Below, in pieces: positions 29,604 to 39,111 of a stretch of 64,000 bases of DNA. Each line of letters begins with the position of its first letter. Position 1 is the stretch's first letter. The DNA comes from an uncultured Ignavibacteria bacterium. Its GTDB lineage: Bacteria > Bacteroidota > Ignavibacteria > Tepidaquicellales > OLB5. The DNA is taken from positions 289,185 to 353,184 of the forward strand of contig CALMYL010000006.1 in NCBI GenBank assembly GCA_937873695.1, given 5' to 3'. A program made the position numbers and the translations under genes. Below the pieces are notes generated by a model. That model was not told the origin of the DNA, did not search any database, and worked only from the letters and a program-made list of their open reading frames with translations.

Positions 29604-30899
29604 ATGCGAACTACCAAAAGGTTGATCTTTCTGCTGTTAGTTTCAGTTTTTTTTACAGGGAATTGCCTGACACAGGAGTATTGGCTAAGTCAACCCTCAC
29701 CTACTCAAAAGAACTTAACCAAAAGCCTCTTTGTAGACTCACTTTATGGCTGGGTAATTGGTGATTCCGGCACAATTTTGAACACCACCAACGGCGGGCT
29801 TAACTGGAGTGTTCAGCCTTCAAATCTTCACAGCGCTGAGCTTCAGGATATTTCATTTGTTTCAAGAACGACCGGCTGGGTACTTTCATTTGATTCCACC
29901 TATAAGAGTTTTTACATTAAGACAACAAATTCCGGTACATCCTGGGTGAAGACGTATTATCCCGATACAACAACGATACTTAAGACCATTTTCTTTATCA
30001 ATACGCAAACCGGATTTGTTTCCGGGTTTAGCGGAAATATATACAGAACTACCGACGGAGGTAACCGGTGGGAAAACTGTTACATTGATACTACAAGTTG
30101 TTTGTATCTTTTCCCAAAGAATGATATATACTTTATTAACGATCTTACAGGCTACGCCTGCGGCGGCGTGCTTGACCTGCAGGGAATCTTTCTTAAAACA
30201 ACCAATGGCGGTACCGGCTGGTTTTCAATGTGCGTAGCGGCAGAACCACTGAATAAAATTATATATTTGGGAAACAACAGGATAGCCTTAATGGGAGGAG
30301 ACTACGACCTGGGGAGTATACTTGCGGTTTCGTCAAACGGGGGTTCTAACTGGTCTTATGAGCAGACAGGCTGTTATGGCAACGCAACCGGATTTTCATT
30401 CAGGACACCCGGTGAAGTATGGGCCGCGCTGAATTTTTCGTGTAAGTTCGCTGTCAATCAGGATTCAATGAAACCGGGGACAGAATGGAAATGCTTTGAT
30501 ACCCCCGGAAATACAGCTGTTAACGATGTGGTTTTCCTGTCATCATCAATCGGTTATTCATTCGGTGAAGGCGGCAGGATCTTTAAGTATAATCAGAATA
30601 TTATCGGGCTTCAGGGTAATTATCATTCAGTTCCGGTACAAAGTGAATTGTTTCAAAACTATCCAAACCCGTTCAATCCTGAAACTGTTATAGAGTATTT
30701 TGTTTCCGAACCTGCATCTATTGAGCTTAAGATCTTTGACGCAAGCGGAAAAGAAGTGAGAAGTTTTAACGAAGGATACAGGTCAGCGGGAAGATACAGT
30801 GTTTCTCTGGATATGACCGAACTGCCATCAGGCGTATATTTTTACCGGCTGAATGCGGGAAGCAAAGTGTTCAGCAGGAAAATGGTATTGATAAAATAG
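29604..30899 (+). CDS. Ycf48-like/BNR-repeat beta-propeller protein with T9SS CTD
   Basis: Signal peptide ...CLT|Q; repeats TTNGGLNW, TTNSGTSW, TTDGGNRW, TTNGGTGW, SSNGGSNW; CTD QNYPNPFNPETVIEYFV...SGVYFYRL. Confidence 0.65.
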   Translation: MRTTKRLIFLLLVSVFFTGNCLTQEYWLSQPSPTQKNLTKSLFVDSLYGWVIGDSGTILNTTNGGLNWSVQPSNLHSAELQDISFVSRTTGWVLSFDSTYKSFYIKTTNSGTSWVKTYYPDTTTILKTIFFINTQTGFVSGFSGNIYRTTDGGNRWENCYIDTTSCLYLFPKNDIYFINDLTGYACGGVLDLQGIFLKTTNGGTGWFSMCVAAEPLNKIIYLGNNRIALMGGDYDLGSILAVSSNGGSNWSYEQTGCYGNATGFSFRTPGEVWAALNFSCKFAVNQDSMKPGTEWKCFDTPGNTAVNDVVFLSSSIGYSFGEGGRIFKYNQNIIGLQGNYHSVPVQSELFQNYPNPFNPETVIEYFVSEPASIELKIFDASGKEVRSFNEGYRSAGRYSVSLDMTELPSGVYFYRLNAGSKVFSRKMVLIK

Positions 30900-30923
30900 A
30901 GCGGTATACTGTTTTTAGTGTTT

Positions 30924-30959
30924 CAACTGCTTCTACTGCTTCTACTGCTTCTACTGCTT
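30924..30959. repeat. 9-bp tandem repeat x4 (CTACTGCTT; minus strand AAGCAGTAG)
   Basis: The units are caactgctt, ctactgctt, ctactgctt, ctactgctt. The last unit contains the TAG stop of the minus-strand gene 30951-32771. Confidence 0.85.
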
Positions 30960-32771
30960 CTTGTTGCTCATTACTTTCCTTGTAATATCACTCATACCAA
31001 GATAAAAATAACCCTGCGGTTCTTCCGCTGATTTTCTTTTCATTTCATTTTCCAACGCAACAGGAAAGCTTAACAGATCTGATTCAAATTGTTTTTGCTT
31101 AAATACCGCAGTGTAAGGATTAAATATTTTGTATTCATATTTCGAGATAAGTTCTTCATGCTGCGGAGCTCTTTTTGCAAAAAGCATTGAAAGGTCATCC
31201 CAATAGATCAACGCCCACTCTTTGTTATTAAGCAGAAACTCCGTGACTTGCTGTTTCATAATATTCGGAAACCTGCTTAACCTCGGTTCAAAGAATATTA
31301 CAAGGTCAAATCCGTATCTATCCAGTTTTTGCTGGAATCCCGGCTGCATTTTTAGAATTGAATAATACTCATTGAAGATCTCATCATTTATATTTCTGCT
31401 GTCAATAAATACATTTTGATCAGGAAAAAGCCACTTAAAGTAACCGCCGGTATCAAAATTATTGTACGTAGTTCCTTTAATTTTATTTTCAATCATAAAG
31501 TTATACAAACCCTGCGGAAAGTAACGGTTGCTTACTCCCAAACCTGCTTCGCGGTTATACTGCAAAGTGATGTAAAAACTATCCGTCTGGAACTGAACTG
31601 CCGGATAAAGCATCACAATAATTAATGAGATCTTAATAACATTACCATTAAAAACTTTATTTAACTTTAAAGTTAATTTATTGCTTTGCCTGTTAAACAG
31701 ATAGTAATTCAGACTTACTGCAAGCAACGGGATAATAACAATCTCGTAATCAACAATAAACCTTATTGCCTGCAGCGAATATACCGCAAATGCTGAACAA
31801 ATCAGAAAGAATGTCACGTCACGTTTTTTGTAAGAATAGAGCAGTACTATTAATCCTGCGAATAACAATACTTTGTATATTGTTAACACAAAGGTTGATT
31901 CTATTTGCCCGCTAAACGGACTCACCCATTCAGCTATCTGTTCAAGCATTTTCATTTTTGAATGGTTATAGGCATATGTGTAAGTCCTTATACCGTGCGG
32001 GTTTATTAATAGTACCCCAGTGGAGGCAATGAATATCATGACAAGTTTCTTCAGGTGTGTTTTTGATATTACGCCGGTATCCTTATTCCCGAATTTTTTG
32101 GGATAAAAGAAAGTAACTGTTTCTGAAACAACAAAAATAAGAAAGAGCAGTAAACCGGTTATTACTCCTAAATGAAGATTACCCCAAAAAAGAAATAGTA
32201 CAGGTAGAAAATATAGTCTTTTGAGATATTTTTCCCTGTTTATGTATTTATAAGTAAAAAGCAAATATAAAAGTACAGCTAATGATAAATATGTAAATAA
32301 ATGGGGGCGTGGTGAGAGCCTGTCAAAAAAAGCAATAAGCAAAAAGAAAAAAAGTATTGTTGTGATAACAGGATTTACCCTGAATTTTTTAAGAAGCCTG
32401 AATAATATCAGGAAAAAAATACAGAATAGTATTGATGTAAAGATAAATATTCCGTTCAGTCCGGTCACTTTGTACAGATTGTAAAAAAAAAGATCAGATC
32501 CCCATTCAAATGGTATCCACTCGGCATCCTGTGTGGCTAATCCAAAAACATCTTTATCGGGGATGAAACCGTTTTCTGTGATAAATTTTCCTGTTGATAA
32601 ATGCCAAAAAACATCGTCATCTTCGAGTTTATGCGTTGAGACAGAAAAAACACATAACAGGAAAACCAGAAACATCCCCCATGTCAAGTATGCATTTTCA
32701 GCAGGCAGAGCGGATTTTGTTTTTGCAGATTTCGGGATCTGTTTCAGATCATTTCTTTCAGCTTTCTTCAA
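30951..32771 (-). CDS. large polytopic membrane protein, possibly a GT-C-fold glycosyltransferase-like protein
   Basis: 606 aa with more than 10 hydrophobic segments. The first-loop acidic motif HKLEDDDVFWHL resembles the GT-C loop-1 Asp motif. There is a C-terminal soluble domain of about 200 aa. The family call is tentative. Confidence 0.45.
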   Translation of the reverse strand: MKKAERNDLKQIPKSAKTKSALPAENAYLTWGMFLVFLLCVFSVSTHKLEDDDVFWHLSTGKFITENGFIPDKDVFGLATQDAEWIPFEWGSDLFFYNLYKVTGLNGIFIFTSILFCIFFLILFRLLKKFRVNPVITTILFFFLLIAFFDRLSPRPHLFTYLSLAVLLYLLFTYKYINREKYLKRLYFLPVLFLFWGNLHLGVITGLLLFLIFVVSETVTFFYPKKFGNKDTGVISKTHLKKLVMIFIASTGVLLINPHGIRTYTYAYNHSKMKMLEQIAEWVSPFSGQIESTFVLTIYKVLLFAGLIVLLYSYKKRDVTFFLICSAFAVYSLQAIRFIVDYEIVIIPLLAVSLNYYLFNRQSNKLTLKLNKVFNGNVIKISLIIVMLYPAVQFQTDSFYITLQYNREAGLGVSNRYFPQGLYNFMIENKIKGTTYNNFDTGGYFKWLFPDQNVFIDSRNINDEIFNEYYSILKMQPGFQQKLDRYGFDLVIFFEPRLSRFPNIMKQQVTEFLLNNKEWALIYWDDLSMLFAKRAPQHEELISKYEYKIFNPYTAVFKQKQFESDLLSFPVALENEMKRKSAEEPQGYFYLGMSDITRKVMSNKKQ

Positions 32772-32948
32772 TTCTCAATAATTCGATTATTATCACCGGA
32801 ATTCAGCTAAATTAATGATTTTTCTCCAACATATATACTCTAAATATTGTGAATTCGTTTTATACCCCGGACTAATACGGTGGTAACTCCACACCATTTA
32901 CAGGTGTATTATATTGCTGTCAGCTATTTCCATTTCCGAACCTCCATC

Positions 32949-32973
32949 AAAAAAGGGCGCTAAATCAGCGCCC
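32949..32973 (-). terminator. rho-independent terminator of the S8 gene 33010-35730
   Basis: On the minus strand, GGGCGC-tgattta-GCGCCC is followed by a T-run. Confidence 0.7.
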
Positions 32974-33009
32974 TTGATTCGGGGTAATACTACATTTGAA
33001 GCTATAATA

Positions 33010-34068
33010 CTATTTCACAAGTACCATTCTTTTAACTGATGTAAAGTCACCGGCATCAATTCTGTAGAAGTAAATTCCGCTTGCTAAGTTTGACGCATTG
33101 AAATCAACTGAGTGAAAACCGGGCTGTTTCACTTCATTTACAAGTACAGCAACTTCCTTACCTAATACATCATAAATTTTCAGTGTAACATTAGATGCCT
33201 TGGGAACTGAAAACTTGATTGAGGTCGAAGGATTGAACGGATTCGGATAGTTCTGTTCAAGTGAGTAATAATTCGGTATCTCAACGGTCTCTATACCGCC
33301 GGTTATAGTCTGGTAAGTTAACTGCAAACACCATGCTTTAAGCAGACCGGTATCTCCGGTTGCGTTATCGGTAATTGAAAAAGTCCACGTGCCGTTCACT
33401 GCAATTCCGTTAAACGGAGTTAAAGCAGATGACGGTCTGAAGTTTCCTGTAAAAGGTGCAGTTCCGCTTGCAATAGGAGTAGTTGCGGAGTCGTTAAGCA
33501 CTGTCCCAATAAAATTATCTCCGCTTCCTCCTACGGCCGAAATAATATTTACATTTGCAGCTCCCTTTATTAACGAGAACGAGAGATCTGAATCCCATGT
33601 ATGAATAAGCGTATCTATCCTGACATTTACATCTACAACGTTAAACGCGTTTGTAATATTCACAGTCATGTTATCGGTTACTGTAGAATTATCAGGGATC
33701 AAAAGATTTACATTATTTCTGCAAACAGTAGTTTGTGAATTCACAATACCTGATGGCAGAACTGTAACTACTGCTGTCACTGTATCATTTGACCTGTTGT
33801 TATCAACTGCAAGGCCGTGTGCTATTTTTAAAGTGTAGCTTCCGGTAACCGTAGGTGTCCATGCAAATGTAGCTGAATCATTACCGCCGGCCGGCAGGCT
33901 TGCAATTGTAACTGTTGAACCTGTAATCGTACCGTTAACAAAGAATCTTACCGGGACATTTGTTTGACCGCTTGTACCAATGTTTGTAACCCTTGCTTTG
34001 ATATTGTACGCTGTGTTGACTGTAAAACTTCCCGGGAAACTTAAGAATGGACCGCAGGTAACATCGTT
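33010..34068 (-). repeat. copy 2 of the paralogous 3' cassette (CARDB-like + P-domain + CTD)
   Basis: Colinear with 26841-27899 and 36169-37227 from ANDVTCGPFLSF to the stop. Confidence 0.75.
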
Positions 34069-35730
34069 TGCTGCCTGCGGGCCAACTGCCAGAAGCGCCA
34101 GGTTTGCATCAACAATTCCATAACCCATTTCATTGTTCCATGTATTGCCAAGCTGCGGCAGCGGACCTGCGGAAGTATAAGAATATGAACCGTACTTCTT
34201 AGCTGTTCTGTTTATTCTTGCTCTTACAGTATCCCATGTTTGAGTTGAATCCTTGGAAAGCAGTAATGCGCAAACGCCTGATGTATTAGGCGTAGCGCTT
34301 GAAGTTCCGTTAAATGAATTTGTGTATCCCCCGCCCTGTACTGTTGCCCATATCTTTACGCATGGAGCAACAATATCAAGACCTGTGCCGTAGTTTGCAC
34401 CCCACCAGTTTTCTAGGTCGCAGCTTGATGGTGATTTCCTTTGGTTACACGGACTTACGCCGCCGACTGAAATAACTTCCGGCTGGGTTGCGGGCCAGCT
34501 TACCGAAGAGTTCCCGTTTCCTGTTGCAAAAACCCATACTATTCCTTTACCGTTTCTGCCAAGATTAACACCATCAGTGATAGCATTGTTTGATGTCGGG
34601 TCAGGTGATCCGCCGCCCCATGAGTTGCTTGAGATCCAGGCATTACCGAAAGTTCTGGCGCCTATTAATGCGTTCTGAATTGCTGTTGTTGTTGTTGAGC
34701 CGCCTGAGTTAAATATCTTAGCTGAATAAACCTTTGAGCCCGGAGCTACGCCGGATACACCGATGCCGTTGTTTCCGACTGCGGCAACTATCCCCGATGT
34801 TGAAGCGCCATGACCGTAATCATCATATCCGCCGTAAGTATTTGAATAATAATTAAAATTATATCCATGTACTACATTTGCTGATAGATCGGGATGTGTT
34901 GTATCAATGCCTGAATCCACTATCTGAACGCGGCATTGCGCTATACCTAATGTCTGGTTCCATGCGGAATCAAGTCCCATATCACAATCAGCAGTACCGT
35001 TGCCTGTAACCGGAATATTTGTTCCTGTGTTAATTGCTGACCACTGCTGCGGAAAGTTAGGATCATTTGGTATGAACTGAAGCAGGTTAGTGTAGCAGAA
35101 ACCGGGTCCTGAATAATTTACCATACCGCTTGACCAAACCTCGTTTGAAAAATCCATTGAATTTGTGTTTTCAACAGATGGAATTTCTATCTGGAATGTT
35201 AAACCGCCTGTTACATCCAGCTGTTTGATTATTTTCATTCCTTTGCTGTTAAGATATTGCATTATCTGCTGCATTGAATACTGCGGTTTGAACTGTGCAG
35301 AGATGTTATTTTCGCAGCCCTGTAAAGTATTTGCGTTTCCCATTCCTTCTCTAAGACCAAAAACGGGTGATGAGTATTCTACCAGCGGATTTGTTCTTAG
35401 CCGGTTAACAATGTTGTTTAATGCTGCATTGTTTACTGCGTAGTTAAGCTTTATGAACTGTTCTCTTTCGTTATTTGCGAATTTCTGGATCCGGTTATCG
35501 CAAACACCAATAGTGCTAAATGCGTTATTGAAATCTGCTTCAGTCATCGGGTTCTTTAGCTTGATATAAACCATTTCAGGTTTATGGACAAGGTAATACC
35601 TTGAGCCTTCATAATAGTAGTAGTCGGTCACATTAGCTGAATTACTTTCTGTCTGAAAGTTATTCCAGCCGATAAAACTTGCTGATACCGCGAGTACTGC
35701 CAATAACAGTATTCTGGAAAAGTTTTTCAT
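33010..35730 (-). CDS. S8 subtilisin-family serine peptidase with CARDB-like domain, P-domain and T9SS CTD (paralog A)
   Basis: The triad contexts are VDSGIDTTHPDL (D), DDYGHGASTSG (H) and NGTSSATPNTSG (S). The start is set at MKNFSRILLLAV (ATG 35730, AGGAG upstream) by homology with paralog B. CTD is QNYPNPFNPSTSIKFSVP...SGIYFYRI. Confidence 0.85.
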   Translation of the reverse strand: MKNFSRILLLAVLAVSASFIGWNNFQTESNSANVTDYYYYEGSRYYLVHKPEMVYIKLKNPMTEADFNNAFSTIGVCDNRIQKFANNEREQFIKLNYAVNNAALNNIVNRLRTNPLVEYSSPVFGLREGMGNANTLQGCENNISAQFKPQYSMQQIMQYLNSKGMKIIKQLDVTGGLTFQIEIPSVENTNSMDFSNEVWSSGMVNYSGPGFCYTNLLQFIPNDPNFPQQWSAINTGTNIPVTGNGTADCDMGLDSAWNQTLGIAQCRVQIVDSGIDTTHPDLSANVVHGYNFNYYSNTYGGYDDYGHGASTSGIVAAVGNNGIGVSGVAPGSKVYSAKIFNSGGSTTTTAIQNALIGARTFGNAWISSNSWGGGSPDPTSNNAITDGVNLGRNGKGIVWVFATGNGNSSVSWPATQPEVISVGGVSPCNQRKSPSSCDLENWWGANYGTGLDIVAPCVKIWATVQGGGYTNSFNGTSSATPNTSGVCALLLSKDSTQTWDTVRARINRTAKKYGSYSYTSAGPLPQLGNTWNNEMGYGIVDANLALLAVGPQAANDVTCGPFLSFPGSFTVNTAYNIKARVTNIGTSGQTNVPVRFFVNGTITGSTVTIASLPAGGNDSATFAWTPTVTGSYTLKIAHGLAVDNNRSNDTVTAVVTVLPSGIVNSQTTVCRNNVNLLIPDNSTVTDNMTVNITNAFNVVDVNVRIDTLIHTWDSDLSFSLIKGAANVNIISAVGGSGDNFIGTVLNDSATTPIASGTAPFTGNFRPSSALTPFNGIAVNGTWTFSITDNATGDTGLLKAWCLQLTYQTITGGIETVEIPNYYSLEQNYPNPFNPSTSIKFSVPKASNVTLKIYDVLGKEVAVLVNEVKQPGFHSVDFNASNLASGIYFYRIDAGDFTSVKRMVLVK

Positions 35731-36108
35731 ATAAGAAATCTCCTGATTTAATTTTAAATGTGTGATGATACAGTTTATGCCCGGATAATTCGTGAAAGGG
35801 AATGTAAAGTTACAGGTCAAAAAAAAAACGGAATAAAACCTGAACAATTTAATATTATATAATATTAAAATTACTTTACATCGCCCGGAATATCCAAAGC
35901 AATAGAAAGCATTGTTCATTTTATTCCTCCTGGATACAAAAAAGCAAACTTCAGTATCCAATAAAATGAGATCGTTTTGCTGTACTAATTATGTAATTTG
36001 CTATTTTTGATTTAAAATGTCAATATTAATAGTAGGTCATTATTCTTTTAAAAATAATCTGGTTTTTTGATCAAGAATTGTCTCTTCTGCCAGGTTTAGC
36101 ATATTAAC

Positions 36109-36138
36109 AAAAAGGGGATTCCAGACATCGGAATCCCC
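36109..36138 (-). terminator. rho-independent terminator of the S8 gene 36169-38892
   Basis: On the minus strand, GGGGATTCC-gatgtct-GGAATCCCC is followed by TTTTT. Confidence 0.75.
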
Positions 36139-36168
36139 TAAAATATTGTAATAATATATGCTTATAAC

Positions 36169-37227
36169 CTATTTAACCAATACCATTTTCTTTATAGAAG
36201 TGAATTCTCCGGCATCTATTCTGTAGAAGTAAATACCGCTTGCATAATTTGAAGCATTAAAATCTACAGTATGGAAACCCGGCTGCTTCATTTCATTAAC
36301 AAGTGTGGCAACTTCTTTTCCTAAAACATCATAAATCTTCAATGTAACATTTGTTGGTTTTGGCACTGAGAACTTTATGGAAGTGTTAGGATTAAACGGA
36401 TTCGGATAGTTTTGAGCCAGCGAGAAGTAATTTGGTATCTCAACTGTCTGAATGCCTCCCGTCAATGTCTGGTATGTTACCTGTATGCACCACGCTTTAA
36501 GTAAACCTGTATCGCCAGCAGCATCATCAGTAATATTAAGTACCCATGTACCGTTTACAGGGATATCGTTCAATGCAATTAACGGTGAGGATGGTCTCCA
36601 GGTGCCTGTAAATGGCGCTGTTCCTGCCGGTAAAGATGAAATTGCTGAATCATTAAGCACTGTGCCTATAAAGTTATCGCCGCTTCCGCCAACATGGTTA
36701 ATTATTGTGCAGCTGGAAGTACCTTTAGTTAATGTTAATGCAAGGTCAGCATCCCAGGTGTGTATCAAAGTATCAATTCTTACGTTAACATCTACAACGT
36801 TAAACGCGTTTGCGATATTCACAATTATTGAATCTTTTACCGTGGCATTGTCCGGTATCAGCAGATTTAAACCGTTCCTGCATATTTGTGTTTGTGAATT
36901 CACAAGGCCTGCCGGCGCAACTGTTACTACCTGCGTTACAGTATCGTTAGCCCTGTTTTCATCAATTGCCGCTGCGCTGAAGATCCTTAAAGTATATTCT
37001 CCTGCAGCTGTTGGAGTCCATGCAAATGATGATGAATCAACAGCCCCTGAAGGAAGACTTGAGATTGTATTAGTTGTAAGTGTTATACCGTTTATCGAAA
37101 ATCTTACAGGAAGGTTAGACTGCGCGTTGGTTCCGCCGTTTGTAACTTTAGCTTTTATTGTGTATGATAAGTTAACTGTGAATGATGACGGCATACTCAG
37201 GAATGGACCAACAACTACATCATTCGC
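36169..37227 (-). repeat. copy 3 of the paralogous 3' cassette (CARDB-like + P-domain + CTD)
   Basis: Colinear with the other two cassettes from ANDVVVGPFLSM to the stop. Confidence 0.75.
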
Positions 37228-38892
37228 CGGCAGTGATGGCGGGGGACCGACTGCAAGCAGTGCAAGGTTCGCGTTGATAATGCCATATCCCATTTCATTA
37301 TTCCATGTATTGCCAAGCTGCGGTAAAGGTCCCGCTGAAGTATATGAATAAGCTCCTCTTTTCTGCGCTGTTCTGTTAAGCCTTGCTCTGACTGTATCCC
37401 ATGTCTGGGTTGAATCTTTTGAAAGTACCAATGCAGCAACACCAGAGCAGTTAGGAGTTGCGCTTGAAGTTCCGTTAAATGTACTTGTATAACCGCCGCC
37501 CTGAACGGTTGCGTATATTTTTACACAGGGTGAAACCAGGTCTGTTCCTGTTCCGTAATTTGAACCCCACCAGTTTTCAAGGTCACAGCTTGTTGGTGAT
37601 TTTCTTTCGTTACATGGTGAAACACCGCCAACTGAAATAACAGTTGTAAGTGTTGCCGGCCAGCTAACCGCACCATTCCCGTTCCCTGTTGCGAAACACC
37701 ATACAATACCTTTGCCGTTTCGTCCAAGTGTTGTACCGTCAAGTATAGCGTTATCCGCGGCGCTTATGGGGCTTCCGCCGCCCCAGGAATTGCTGCTTAT
37801 CCAGCAATCACCAAATGTCCTAACGCCAATCATTCCGTTTGTAATTGCGGCTGTAGTAGTACTTCCTGCCGAATTGAAAATTTTTGCAGAAAACACCTTT
37901 GCATTTGGCGCTACGCCGGATATTCCAATTGTATTATTGCCAAGTGCTGCAACTATACCGGCGCATGAAGCGCCATGGCCGTAATCATCAATGCCGCCAT
38001 ATGTATCGGCGTAATAATTGTAATTATAACCGTTAACTACGTTTACAGAAAGATCAGGGTGAGTTGTATCAATTCCTGTATCAACAATAGAAATTCTGCA
38101 TTGCGGAATTCCTGTTGTCTGGTCCCACGCGCTGTCAAGTCCCATATCATTGTTTGCCGTACCATTGCCTGTTACAGGAATGTTTGTGCCTGTATTAATT
38201 GCAGACCATTGCATCGGGAAAAACTGGTCATTGGGAATTACCTGAAGCAGGTTTGTGTAAAAGAACCCCGGGTCAGCGTAATTTACAACACCGTTTTCAT
38301 AAACTTCATTTGCAAAATCAATTGAAGTTTTGTTAGGGATATTTGGCACCTTTACTATGAAAGAAAGTCCGCCGGTAAGTTCCAACTGTTTTAGAATGGT
38401 CATATTCTTACCGCCTAAATACTGCTCGATCTGCTGTTTGCTGAAATTTGGTTTGAACTGAAGTATTATGTTATCTTCGCAGCCTATCAGAGTATTGCTG
38501 TTGCCGTAACCGTCACGAACTCCAAAAACGGGTGAAGCAAACTCCACAAGACTGTTTGTTTCCAGGGCGCTGATTACAGTATTGAGTGAAGAGTTATCCA
38601 GCGAACCCCTCAGTTTGATAAACTGCCTGAGATCATTTTTTTCGAATGAATAGTCAGCGGGGACTGAGCCATAAGAATTTACTAAGTTCTCAAATTCATT
38701 TCTGCTGATCTCATTTTTAAGCTTAACGTAAATAAGGTCAGCTTTATGGTTCAGGTAATATTTGTGTCCCTGGTAATAATAAAAGTCTGTGATATTACCT
38801 GAATTTGATCCCGGGCTGAAATTGTTCCAGCCTATGAAACCTGAAGATACTGCCAGCACGAATACCAGCAGCAATTTGGAAATCTTATGCAT
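36169..38892 (-). CDS. S8 subtilisin-family serine peptidase with CARDB-like domain, P-domain and T9SS CTD (paralog B)
   Basis: The triad contexts are VDTGIDTTHPDL, DDYGHGASCAG and NGTSSATPNCSG. It has a signal peptide, AAGGAGAG upstream of the ATG, and CTD QNYPNPFNPNTSIKFSVP...SGIYFYRI. Confidence 0.85.
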   Translation of the reverse strand: MHKISKLLLVFVLAVSSGFIGWNNFSPGSNSGNITDFYYYQGHKYYLNHKADLIYVKLKNEISRNEFENLVNSYGSVPADYSFEKNDLRQFIKLRGSLDNSSLNTVISALETNSLVEFASPVFGVRDGYGNSNTLIGCEDNIILQFKPNFSKQQIEQYLGGKNMTILKQLELTGGLSFIVKVPNIPNKTSIDFANEVYENGVVNYADPGFFYTNLLQVIPNDQFFPMQWSAINTGTNIPVTGNGTANNDMGLDSAWDQTTGIPQCRISIVDTGIDTTHPDLSVNVVNGYNYNYYADTYGGIDDYGHGASCAGIVAALGNNTIGISGVAPNAKVFSAKIFNSAGSTTTAAITNGMIGVRTFGDCWISSNSWGGGSPISAADNAILDGTTLGRNGKGIVWCFATGNGNGAVSWPATLTTVISVGGVSPCNERKSPTSCDLENWWGSNYGTGTDLVSPCVKIYATVQGGGYTSTFNGTSSATPNCSGVAALVLSKDSTQTWDTVRARLNRTAQKRGAYSYTSAGPLPQLGNTWNNEMGYGIINANLALLAVGPPPSLPANDVVVGPFLSMPSSFTVNLSYTIKAKVTNGGTNAQSNLPVRFSINGITLTTNTISSLPSGAVDSSSFAWTPTAAGEYTLRIFSAAAIDENRANDTVTQVVTVAPAGLVNSQTQICRNGLNLLIPDNATVKDSIIVNIANAFNVVDVNVRIDTLIHTWDADLALTLTKGTSSCTIINHVGGSGDNFIGTVLNDSAISSLPAGTAPFTGTWRPSSPLIALNDIPVNGTWVLNITDDAAGDTGLLKAWCIQVTYQTLTGGIQTVEIPNYFSLAQNYPNPFNPNTSIKFSVPKPTNVTLKIYDVLGKEVATLVNEMKQPGFHTVDFNASNYASGIYFYRIDAGEFTSIKKMVLVK

Positions 38893-39111
38893 AAATTAGC
38901 TCTCCTTTTATTAGATGAAAATTTTTTTCCCGGATATTATAGAACGGTCAAATTTCAATTTTTAGAAATTACAGATGTAAAGATTTAATGCCATTATCCG
39001 AATCCAGCTATTATTATGTGAAACCTTGAACCAAGCCAACTCAAAATTCGTGCTTTTTGGGCAAATAGTCAAGATTAATATCGTGAAAACTCTAACGGGA
39101 TTCGGTATTTT

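Noticed and set aside
35731-35961. In-frame N-terminal extension of subtilase A, including an ATG at 35919 with a textbook GGAGG 6 nt upstream
   Set aside because: The 63-77 extra residues are F/Y/C/N/I-rich, as expected from AT-rich spacer. They are not shared by paralog B, and they would bury the obvious signal peptide (MKNFSRILLLAV...), which has its own AGGAG. The absence of stops over 231 nt of AT-rich DNA is mildly odd. Ribosome profiling or N-terminal proteomics would settle it.
36452-37351. 299-aa plus-strand ORF, with similar ORFs at 27157-27561, 33389-33604 and 37712-38325, inside the subtilase and BNR genes
   Set aside because: These are antisense shadow ORFs of well-supported minus-strand genes. 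They have low-complexity composition (S/T/P/V-rich), no start context and no recognisable motifs.
38929-38936. Shared CCCGGATA motif upstream of both subtilase paralogs (also at 35780-35787), considered as a common regulatory site
   Set aside because: It is only 8 nt long, lies at different distances from the two starts, and could be residual homology from the duplication. A similar string near 29529 is not comparably positioned.
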